A stretch of DNA of 29,395 nt from NCBI GenBank assembly GCA_918234285.1, contig CAKJXZ020000031.1, positions 1 to 29,395 on the forward strand, given 5' to 3'. Shown here one piece after another: positions 1 to 7,269 of this stretch. The notes beneath the pieces are model-generated. The model had not been told where the DNA came from, searched no databases, and saw only the letters and a list, made by a program, of their open reading frames with translations. The stretch is from Pseudomonadota bacterium. GTDB lineage: Bacteria; Pseudomonadota; Alphaproteobacteria; RF32; CAG-239. Both the position numbers and the translations under genes were made by a program. Numbering within the stretch: the first letter of the stretch is position 1; every line of letters starts with the position of its first letter.

Positions 1-375
1 CAAAATCGATGAAACCAATACCGCGCTGGCAAGTGAGACGGCACAGCGTACGGCGATGGATAATGCCATCCTCGGCAAAATCGATGAAACCAATACCGCG
101 CTGGCAAGTGAGACGGCACAGCGTACGGCGATGGATAATGCCATCCTCGGCAAAATCGATGAAACCAATACCGCACTGGCAAGTGAGACGGCACAGCGTA
201 TTGCTATGGACCAAGCACTTGATAGTAAGATTACCGCCAACACGCATGCCATCGAAGATGAGGCTAACACCCGTGCGATTATGGACCAAGCGCTTGACGA
301 TAAGATTACCGCCAACACGCGTGCCATCGAACAAGAGGCGATTGAACGCAGAGCCGTTGACAATGCGCTTGATGT
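1..375 (+). repeat. 75-bp (25-aa) tandem repeat in the adhesin stalk, about 5 units
   Basis: 1-75 and 76-150 are identical. 151-225 is near-identical for about 50 nt and then diverges. 226-300 and 301-375 form a second subtype (KITANT.AIE.EA..R...D.ALD). Confidence 0.95.
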
Positions 376-1690
376 TCGTGTAACCGCGTTGGAAGAAGAA
401 TCCGGCGGTCAATCGGAGGCTATCAGGGAATTGCAACGTGATGTTAAAGTTCAGGAAGTTAACGGCGGGATTATCAGAACTAAAGGTAACTTTGTGGATG
501 GCGTGGCTCACACGGTCGGTGAAAACGTGATGATTCTCGATGATGCCATGGGGGCTGTTGACGCTGACGGACATCATATCAATGCCTCCAAGGATGCTGA
601 CGGCAATATAGTCACTACGGTGGCCGAAAATCTGCAGAATCTTGACGAGCACATGTATAATACCGACCAAGCTCTCGGCGGAACCTTTGATGCTACCACC
701 GATAAGTGGTCGGCCGATTTGGAAGTTGCTACCGGTGAAGATGCGGTTAAATACGGCAATATTACGGTGGAAAAAGTTACCGATGCCCTCAATCAGATTA
801 TTACCAATGTCGGCACCAAAGAAGACCTGGGTAACGAGATGAACGGTGTATCGGCGAAGAATGGTATTAACAAAAATATCGCCGCACTCAACGATACCGT
901 GGGCGACTTCTTGCACTTAAACAACAGTACCAACATAACCAATGGTAAACCGGGTGATGCCGGCTACAAAGTTCCGGAAAACGTGATTGATGTGTTAAAC
1001 AACATTGATGCCACTCTCGGCACGGTTCACGGCTTGTCCGATAAGTTGCGCGAAGCCGGTAAGTATAAAGGCAATCTCGGCGACAACACGGTTGAAAGTC
1101 ACTTCACTGCGGTTGATGCCGCAATCGGCGACAGAGCTAAGATGAACAATACTTCGTTTAGCGGCTACAACTTTGTCGGCGGCAAAGATATGGCAACCTC
1201 GGTTACCTTTGTGGCTTCAAGCATCGGTACGGCTGCCGATTTAGGCAAAACCATGAACGGTGTATCGGCTAACAATACCGTCAATAAGAATATTGCTGCG
1301 GTTAATTCGGCCATCGGCGATATTTCTAACTTAAAGAAGACGATTTACGCCTCCGATGCCACCAATGTTACGGATGCTATCAGAGCGTTGGATAGTAATA
1401 TGTATAAATTGGATTATCAGGTCAATGATTTAGGTATCAAATATCAGCGCCTGCGTCGTGAGATGAGAGTGGGTATGTCTTCATTGGCGGCAATGTCGGC
1501 AATGGCTCCTAATGCCAGAGCTCACGGCAATACGCAACTGACCGTCGGTACCGGTTCGTATGCCGATCATACGGCGGTTGCGGTCGGTGCCTTCCACTGG
1601 ATTACCGATAATGTAATGGTCAATGCCGGTGTTGCTTGGGGTGATACCGACGACTATATCTATCGTATGGGATTGACATATTCGTTTTAA
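2..1690 (+). CDS. Trimeric autotransporter adhesin (YadA-like C-terminal anchor), 5'-truncated by the window edge
   Basis: Frame is open from base 2 (KIDETNTALASETAQRTA...). It has coiled-coil stalk repeats and neck-like 'NVTDAIRALD' segments, then a helix 'RREMRVGMSSLAAMSAM' and four amphipathic beta-strands ending in 'MGLTYSF' with a terminal Phe. This is YadA-anchor architecture. Confidence 0.88.
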   Translation, partial: KIDETNTALASETAQRTAMDNAILGKIDETNTALASETAQRTAMDNAILGKIDETNTALASETAQRIAMDQALDSKITANTHAIEDEANTRAIMDQALDDKITANTRAIEQEAIERRAVDNALDVRVTALEEESGGQSEAIRELQRDVKVQEVNGGIIRTKGNFVDGVAHTVGENVMILDDAMGAVDADGHHINASKDADGNIVTTVAENLQNLDEHMYNTDQALGGTFDATTDKWSADLEVATGEDAVKYGNITVEKVTDALNQIITNVGTKEDLGNEMNGVSAKNGINKNIAALNDTVGDFLHLNNSTNITNGKPGDAGYKVPENVIDVLNNIDATLGTVHGLSDKLREAGKYKGNLGDNTVESHFTAVDAAIGDRAKMNNTSFSGYNFVGGKDMATSVTFVASSIGTAADLGKTMNGVSANNTVNKNIAAVNSAIGDISNLKKTIYASDATNVTDAIRALDSNMYKLDYQVNDLGIKYQRLRREMRVGMSSLAAMSAMAPNARAHGNTQLTVGTGSYADHTAVAVGAFHWITDNVMVNAGVAWGDTDDYIYRMGLTYSF

Positions 1691-1699
1691 CTTGAAAAA

Positions 1700-1739
1700 T
1701 AATTCAGCTTATGGTAAAGCAATACCATAAGCTGAATTA
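1700..1739. terminator. Perfect 17-bp hairpin between the adhesin and the OmpH-like gene
   Basis: TAATTCAGCTTATGGTA-aagcaa-TACCATAAGCTGAATTA. A T-tract follows only on the minus strand. Confidence 0.65.
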
Positions 1740-1754
1740 AATGAGGAAGTTGTT

Positions 1755-2318
1755 ATGGCTAAGCGGGCAGATAATAAGAAAAAATCTTTCGGTGTTATTT
1801 TGGGGGGCATTGTTTTGTCTGGTATCATCGCTTATCAGCAAGTGGAGATTATGCAATTGCAGCAAGCTCAATCCGATTTACAAAGCGAATTAAAACAGAC
1901 CGCGGCCCAACTTAAAAAAGTTTATGTGTACGATCTTGAAGAAACCTTGCGCAGTTTGAAATTGGACGATCTTAATCGTGAATTTGAAGCCAAAATCAAT
2001 ATATTGAACGACGAAGTTTCCGGCGCACAGAAAAAAATTGCTTCACTCAAAGAAACCAAGGATAAAGATAATTTTTCCGATGTGTATTTGAAATCTCTGA
2101 AACTCAAGCGCGATACCATGTTGCAAGAATATAACCGTACTCTCGAAAATCTGACCGAAGAAATAAATAAAGCGGTTTCGGAAATTGCGACGGAGAAGGG
2201 GGCTTCGATTATTTTTGATAAGCGGATTATTTCTTCAGAAACCGAAAATGTGGAAGATATTACGCAGGAATTAATAAAACGCGTCAATTTGACGCGTCCG
2301 AAAATTCTCGATGAATAA
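1755..2318 (+). CDS. OmpH/Skp-family periplasmic chaperone-like protein with N-terminal membrane anchor
   Basis: GAGGA RBS. 'KVYVYDLEETL' resembles the first Skp strand-helix, followed by a long helical arm and the C-terminal 'INKAVSEIATEKGASIIFDK...DITQELIKRVN' typical of OmpH. Confidence 0.75.
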   Translation: MAKRADNKKKSFGVILGGIVLSGIIAYQQVEIMQLQQAQSDLQSELKQTAAQLKKVYVYDLEETLRSLKLDDLNREFEAKINILNDEVSGAQKKIASLKETKDKDNFSDVYLKSLKLKRDTMLQEYNRTLENLTEEINKAVSEIATEKGASIIFDKRIISSETENVEDITQELIKRVNLTRPKILDE

Positions 2319-2330
2319 GCTGTATATGCT

Positions 2331-3332
2331 TTATATCAAGCCGTTGCGACATAAGTCGGTATAAATCGGTTTATCAAGACCGAGCTGTTTAATCAATACC
2401 GACGGGCGACTTTCTATCTGCAAATTGCTTTCCGTAAAGGTATTGCCCTTGCGGCACTTCAAAACCGCACTCGGCAGTTCCGGTCTACCGATGCAAGATG
2501 ACAAATATACCCAGGCTTCATCGTTATCTTGCAGATTGGCTACGGCCAGACGGCGGGCATACAAGTTGAGAGTTAAGTCGGCTTTGGTGGCATCTTTTGA
2601 CCACGGAGAACCTCCGCCGACGGCACATGCGCTCGAATAAAAATCAACCGCGAGTTTGCGTCCGGTAATACCGCAGTCGGCAATACTGGAATGAGAGGTG
2701 TAATTGCCGGCACCGTTAACAATGATTTGCATCGGTTTTTCGCCCAGAACTTCGCACACAAAATCATTCAGATTCGTCGGCTGCAACATCGGTATTGCCG
2801 CAATCGCGGTCAGTATTTTACCGTCATCATCCAAAGTAATCTGCGTTTTGATATCCAAACCGAGGTTATCGCTTTGTCGCGCCTTTTGGTATAGTGCCCG
2901 ATTGAGTTTGCGCACCAAATACAGTTCGCGATTGATATAATCTTCGCCTTTGCAGGCATAACCGACGAACACTCCCTGGTCGCCCCAACCGTCATTATCG
3001 ACACCTTGCGCAATTTCGCCCGATTGGCAACCGATGAGGTTGATTACTTTGATTTTGCGTACATCAACCGCCTTATCGCCCCAAATTTTTGCATAATCTT
3101 CATCATAGCCGATTTCGCGCAATGCAGCTTTGACATATTGCTCAAAAGGAGCATTTTGTACTTTGGAACGGATTTCACCGCCCAAAACGACGGTGTTATC
3201 CTTAATCATAACTTCAACCGCATAACGCGTTGCCGTGTCTTGTTCAATAAAGCGGTCCAAAATGTAACTGGTAATGTAATCGGCAATTTTATCCGGGTGT
3301 CCGAGTGACACGTATTCTGCTGTTTTTATCAT
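2331..3332 (-). CDS. metK: S-adenosylmethionine synthetase (methionine adenosyltransferase), short divergent form
   Basis: Motifs E.VS.GHPDKIAD, GGEI, QS.EI.QGV, GxGDQG, DIKTQ, DCGITGRK, GGG....KD.TK.D and LGLDKPIY. AGGAG RBS. Confidence 0.92.
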   Translation of the reverse strand: MIKTAEYVSLGHPDKIADYITSYILDRFIEQDTATRYAVEVMIKDNTVVLGGEIRSKVQNAPFEQYVKAALREIGYDEDYAKIWGDKAVDVRKIKVINLIGCQSGEIAQGVDNDGWGDQGVFVGYACKGEDYINRELYLVRKLNRALYQKARQSDNLGLDIKTQITLDDDGKILTAIAAIPMLQPTNLNDFVCEVLGEKPMQIIVNGAGNYTSHSSIADCGITGRKLAVDFYSSACAVGGGSPWSKDATKADLTLNLYARRLAVANLQDNDEAWVYLSSCIGRPELPSAVLKCRKGNTFTESNLQIESRPSVLIKQLGLDKPIYTDLCRNGLI

Positions 3333-3339
3333 ATATTTT

Positions 3340-3387
3340 CTCCTGTTTAGTCCATTTAATGCTGGACAATTCGGTTAAATCCACATT
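3340..3387 (-). ncRNA. SAM-II-class riboswitch (H-type pseudoknot overlapping the metK RBS)
   Basis: Minus strand reads AAUGU-GGAUUUAACCGAA-UUGUCCA-GCAUU-AAA-UGGACUAA-AC-AGGAG. P1 is AAUGU/GCAUU, with the conserved GAUUUAACCG loop. UUGUCCA pairs with UGGAC(U)AA, leaving the SAM-contacting U unpaired. It lies directly upstream of metK. Confidence 0.85.
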
Positions 3388-3411
3388 TACGGCGCATACC
3401 GTAACAGCATC

Positions 3412-3440
3412 TTTATAAAAACATTTATCAACACTGTCAA
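3412..3440 (-). promoter_or_regulatory. Sigma70-type promoter for riboswitch-metK
   Basis: TTGACA (3440-3435) - 17 nt - TATAAA (3417-3412) on the minus strand. Confidence 0.75.
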
Positions 3441-3502
3441 GGTTTAATATTGTGATTTGCGCTGATTATGATATGATGAAGCACAACAAAAGGAGAGGGG
3501 AT

Positions 3503-4171
3503 ATGAAACACATCGGATTAATGTTTGCTATGGATAAGGAAATGCAGTTTTTTGCTTCCGTATTACAAGATTTGCAACAAAAAACCATACATAAATGCAC
3601 TTTTTATACCGGTGTGGTTGACAATAAAGTTATCACGGCGGTAGTTTCCGGCATGGGGAAGGTGAATTCGGCCTTATGCACGGCTGACCTCATCAGCATT
3701 TTCAACGCAGATATAGTTTTGAACATCGGCATTGCCGGAGGGCTTGATTCCTCACTCAAAATCGGCGATTTTGTGGTGGGCAAAGATATTGTTTATCACG
3801 ATGTATGGTGCGGTAATCCTCATAAATACGGACAGGTGCAGGGCCTGCCGGAGATGTATCACTCCGATTCTGTTCTGGTGTCGCGCCTTAAACAATATAA
3901 GCAGGGGTTGCTGTGCAGTGGCGATTTCTTTGTGGAAAAAGCCGAAAAACTGCAGGCAATCAAAGCAGATTTTCCGGAGGCTTTGGCGGTAGATATGGAA
4001 AGTGCGTCTATTGCCCAAACGTGCTATTTATATGATGTTCCGCTGTTAGTGCTGCGGCAAATCAGCGATGTTCCGGGGGCGAAAAATCACGCCGAGCAAT
4101 ACGCAACATTTTGGGAAAACGCTCCTAAAAACTCAATCAATGTTATGCATGATATACTGAAGATTCTCTGA
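3503..4171 (+). CDS. mtnN: 5'-methylthioadenosine/S-adenosylhomocysteine nucleosidase
   Basis: Motifs AMDKE (catalytic Glu), SGMGKVNSA, NIGIAGG, SGDFF, AVDMESASIAQ and RQISD. Start moved to ATG 3503 after the AGGAGAGGGG RBS. Confidence 0.93.
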   Translation: MKHIGLMFAMDKEMQFFASVLQDLQQKTIHKCTFYTGVVDNKVITAVVSGMGKVNSALCTADLISIFNADIVLNIGIAGGLDSSLKIGDFVVGKDIVYHDVWCGNPHKYGQVQGLPEMYHSDSVLVSRLKQYKQGLLCSGDFFVEKAEKLQAIKADFPEALAVDMESASIAQTCYLYDVPLLVLRQISDVPGAKNHAEQYATFWENAPKNSINVMHDILKIL

Positions 4172-4173
4172 GA

Positions 4174-5784
4174 TTAAAGCGAATTTTGTTTTTTGGATTG
4201 TTCAATAACCGATAAAGAAGCGGCGGCATCCGCGTCTCGCAGATTCTTTCGCTCGTCCGCAACTCTGTCCGGAATATCGTTACGGTTATTTTGTGCGGAT
4301 TCTTTGACTTTATCTTTTTTATCTTCCTGAATCACAAACAAATTAAGACTGGTTTCATTGTCTGTTTTTACCTTTTTAGTCTGTTCTTCTCGTTGATAGG
4401 TCTTAACTTTGTTGTTTTCTTCCTCATAGGCAATTTTGTTCTTAAGAATATCCTCGGCCTGTCGTTTTTTCTTTTGGTTATTTTCATAATAAACTTTTTG
4501 CGGCGGTTCTTTCGGATAAACCTTGCGGAAGTTGTGGTGCCATTGAAAATATACCAAAAATACCGACGGAAAAGCCGAGATCAGCATCTGGTCCATGGTG
4601 CGCGGTTGCGTCAGCTCATAGGCGCGAGCCACCATCAGACGTCGCGTATGCTCGATAAACCGCTCCATTTTTTTCTTGCTTTTATCGGTAGGACGACCCA
4701 AACGATATTCACACATTTCAATCAGACGGTTGATAATCGGATCACTGCTATCCATAGCCATCTGGCGCAGAATCTTCAGCATTTTCTGCATGTTTGCGCT
4801 CTTGTTCCAAAAAGCACGGATGGTTTTGGCCTGAATGCCGTCGAAGCCCATTGCCCGCAGATTTTCCATGCCGCCGGCTTCTTGTATCATCTCGTCAACA
4901 AAGTCGTAGAGTGCATCCCAGTTGATGGCACCGGTGGAATGCAGCAATTCTTTGCAACGACCGTTTTTTAACTCTTTTAAAGCATGTTTGACAATCGGAA
5001 AATCGGCAATCTGGATATCTTCGCCTTGCAACAATAAAAATAATTGCGATGAAGACGTATCTAAAATAAAATCCTCAATGGCTTCGGTTTCGCCAAACAA
5101 AAATGCTTTCAGATACAAATAAATATAGGCAAACACGCTGGAATGCACCGAACGCAACATACCGATACTGCGTAAGGTAATTTTATAGCGGTCACGGAAG
5201 TCCAGCAAATATTTGAGCCGTTCTTCGCCCTTAAAACTCTGACGAATGGTTTGGTAACGGAAACCGAATTTGCGCATCTGCGTCGGATACATTTTTTTGA
5301 AGTGGAGCGCCATAGCCCACTCACGCACCATGGCATAAATGGAAAATATCGGATCACGGGAATAGCCGGTAATAACCGTTGTAACCACCCCGTCATAGCC
5401 CAAGAAATATGGCTCCATGTGAGAGCAACAAGCGTTTTTACGAAACTCGGAATCCAAATACATTACATATTGCTCGATGTCTTCGTCAGTCATACCCCAA
5501 GCGGCAAAATCGGATTCCAGATCTTGCGCCAGACGTTTATAATCAAGCTGAATTATCAGATTATCGCCGCGCTCGGTGTAACCGTCGATATATTCATCGT
5601 AATAAACGCTCTGAAAAGCATATTCATCGTCGTCAAAATAATCTTTGAAATCGCTCAAATCGTCGGCAATAAAGTCCTTGACATCATCAATGTAAGCCGG
5701 CTCATACACTTGTGTTTTTAAATAGTGTATGGCATCTTCTTCCAACTGTTGCTTGCTGTATCTTAAATCAGAAAATCGCAGCAT
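4174..5784 (-). CDS. Hypothetical protein (536 aa) with acidic N-terminus, degenerate zincin-like segment and charged C-terminal tail
   Basis: Long ORF with GAGG RBS and an upstream TTGACT-N16-TATACT. No family recognised with confidence. Confidence 0.8.
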   Translation of the reverse strand: MLRFSDLRYSKQQLEEDAIHYLKTQVYEPAYIDDVKDFIADDLSDFKDYFDDDEYAFQSVYYDEYIDGYTERGDNLIIQLDYKRLAQDLESDFAAWGMTDEDIEQYVMYLDSEFRKNACCSHMEPYFLGYDGVVTTVITGYSRDPIFSIYAMVREWAMALHFKKMYPTQMRKFGFRYQTIRQSFKGEERLKYLLDFRDRYKITLRSIGMLRSVHSSVFAYIYLYLKAFLFGETEAIEDFILDTSSSQLFLLLQGEDIQIADFPIVKHALKELKNGRCKELLHSTGAINWDALYDFVDEMIQEAGGMENLRAMGFDGIQAKTIRAFWNKSANMQKMLKILRQMAMDSSDPIINRLIEMCEYRLGRPTDKSKKKMERFIEHTRRLMVARAYELTQPRTMDQMLISAFPSVFLVYFQWHHNFRKVYPKEPPQKVYYENNQKKKRQAEDILKNKIAYEEENNKVKTYQREEQTKKVKTDNETSLNLFVIQEDKKDKVKESAQNNRNDIPDRVADERKNLRDADAAASLSVIEQSKKQNSL

Positions 5785-5906
5785 TTTTTGTTACCTCACA
5801 TTGTATTCCCAGTATATCCGAATTTTTCGTCAAGTCAATAAAAAACAGTTGCCGTCGACAATAGTCGTTTATAACCGTATTTTGCGGCTCAAATGCTATA
5901 AGAAAC

Positions 5907-5934
5907 TTGACATTAAGTTATTGTATGCTACAAT
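5907..5934 (+). promoter_or_regulatory. Sigma70-type promoter with extended -10
   Basis: TTGACA (5907-5912) - 16 nt - TACAAT (5929-5934), preceded by TGn. Confidence 0.6.
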
Positions 5935-5962
5935 TATCGACAAATTTTATCATTATCAAATT

Positions 5963-6271
5963 ATGAAGATATATATCAAAACCATTGATGAAAATGTTTC
6001 GGACTATGTCACTGTATCGTTAGCAATGGACGAAGACGGAATGAAATATTCCATAAGTGACAGCCGAACCGGCGAGACAACGGAAGAACGCAAGCTTGAT
6101 ATCGGGATTCCCAACATTTGCCGACGGGAGATAAGGCGCCGCTTTATCCCTAATGTGGACGGCAAAACGGGTACTTTACCCAAGTATCAGGTTATATCTC
6201 CAGAGCTCGAAGAATTTATCTGTGACTGCTGGAACACCATTTTTTATCAGGAGCCGCAGTTACTGCCTTAA
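5963..6271 (+). CDS. Hypothetical protein (102 aa)
   Basis: ATG 5963 (MKIYIKTIDENVSDY...) lies downstream of a promoter and the ORF ends at a bidirectional terminator. The longer start at 5729 overlaps the divergent gene. Confidence 0.7.
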   Translation: MKIYIKTIDENVSDYVTVSLAMDEDGMKYSISDSRTGETTEERKLDIGIPNICRREIRRRFIPNVDGKTGTLPKYQVISPELEEFICDCWNTIFYQEPQLLP

Positions 6272-6275
6272 TTAA

Positions 6276-6310
6276 TAAAAAAACACCGATTTCGAATCGG
6301 TGTTTTTTTA
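6276..6310. terminator. Bidirectional intrinsic terminator
   Basis: TAAAAAAACACCGATT-tcg-AATCGGTGTTTTTTTA between convergent genes. Confidence 0.9.
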
Positions 6311-7126
6311 TTAAATGAGTGTTGACAATGTATCTTTCAGCAAATTATTCTCTGCTCCGACCAAAGTCTTCCCCTTACAATGATTGAGATACCATCTCAA
6401 CGTTTTCATAACGCCGTCCACACGCGACCTCAACAAGTTATAACGTGCTTCGCAACGGAAAGGAACGTCATTATCATCGGTGATAACCTGTACATGAATG
6501 TTCTCCTCGTTTTTTTCCATCGAGGTAATCTTCATAAATCCGTAATGCACGTAACCGCAAGTCAACGTACAACCATCCTGACGATATACTTTGGTATGCT
6601 CGCCGAGCAACTCATTGAGCTGATAAGCCCAGTACAGCCATTGGTTGAAGTTAACGTAGCGCTCGGTGTTATACAGCACGTCAATATGAATACGCTTAAC
6701 ATCATGAGCCAGATATTCGGAAAGCACCTTCAGATTATTCACCATTGATACCTTGATGACCGAAAACTCCGGTATCAGTATCAACGGAGTGGAAGAATTT
6801 TGTGACAAACCGCGAGAATTTTCCAACACGTGGCATCTTTCATCTCCGAAAATGGCCTGCATAATTGCCGGCATTTCGTAATCGCGATAGAATTTTGCTC
6901 GTTCGAACATTTTATCGGAAACGCCGAAATCCAACACCAGAGATGGATTGATGCCGTGGCTGAGGACTTGTTCGAGATTCTGAAATTCTCCTTTAATCAA
7001 GTCTTTGCGCGGATAGCGGTCATCTACCTTGAAAACAATCTTGTATTCCGAAGGATACTTTTCCAAAATGGAAATCACACCCTGTCCCAGAGAGCTAAGA
7101 GCTCCCACAATTCCTAAATAATTCAT
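6311..7126 (-). CDS. Degenerate DapB (dihydrodipicolinate reductase)-like Rossmann-fold protein, probably non-catalytic
   Basis: 'LGIVGALSSLGQGVI', 'LVLDFG', 'PLILIPEFSV' (cf. PNFSIG) and 'RSRVDGVMKTLRW' (cf. R..FA.GA..AA.W) are colinear with DapB. The E.HH..K.DAPSGTA catalytic motif is absent. Confidence 0.6.
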   Translation of the reverse strand: MNYLGIVGALSSLGQGVISILEKYPSEYKIVFKVDDRYPRKDLIKGEFQNLEQVLSHGINPSLVLDFGVSDKMFERAKFYRDYEMPAIMQAIFGDERCHVLENSRGLSQNSSTPLILIPEFSVIKVSMVNNLKVLSEYLAHDVKRIHIDVLYNTERYVNFNQWLYWAYQLNELLGEHTKVYRQDGCTLTCGYVHYGFMKITSMEKNEENIHVQVITDDNDVPFRCEARYNLLRSRVDGVMKTLRWYLNHCKGKTLVGAENNLLKDTLSTLI

Positions 7127-7164
7127 AGGCAATGATATATTTTAATAATTCGACTTTGAGTCAA

Positions 7165-7201
7165 GGCATATCACTTTATCCGTCGATTGTCAACGGATAA
7201 A
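7165..7201 (-). promoter_or_regulatory. Promoter with an inverted repeat over the -35 box (possible operator)
   Basis: Minus strand TTGACA-N17-TATGCC. TTTATCCGTCGA-ttg-TCAACGGATAAA (7175-7201) is an 11/12 inverted repeat. Confidence 0.45.
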
Positions 7202-7208
7202 TCTGCAA

Positions 7209-7243
7209 TAAAAATCAACGGCCGCATTAAAAGCAGCCGTCAA
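7209..7243 (-). terminator. Probable terminator after fabH
   Basis: Minus strand GACGGCTGC-ttttaat-GCGGCCGTT followed by GATTTTT. Confidence 0.5.
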
Positions 7244-7269
7244 ATTAAATATATAAATTAAGCTTCAAA

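Noticed and set aside
1-225. Possible CRISPR array
   Set aside because: Units are contiguous with no unique spacers, lie in a coding frame, and no cas genes are present.
9-383. 124-aa ORF with repeated MKPIPRWQVRRHSVRRW
   Set aside because: Alternative-frame shadow of the 75-bp adhesin repeat; the frame stays open only because the unit length is a multiple of three.
4291-4971. 226-aa hydrophobic + strand ORF
   Set aside because: Antisense to the K/E/Q-rich part of the 536-aa gene, which explains the F/L/I bias.
5729-5962. N-terminal extension of the 180-aa ORF
   Set aside because: Overlaps the divergent gene start and both promoters; ATG 5963 is the better start.
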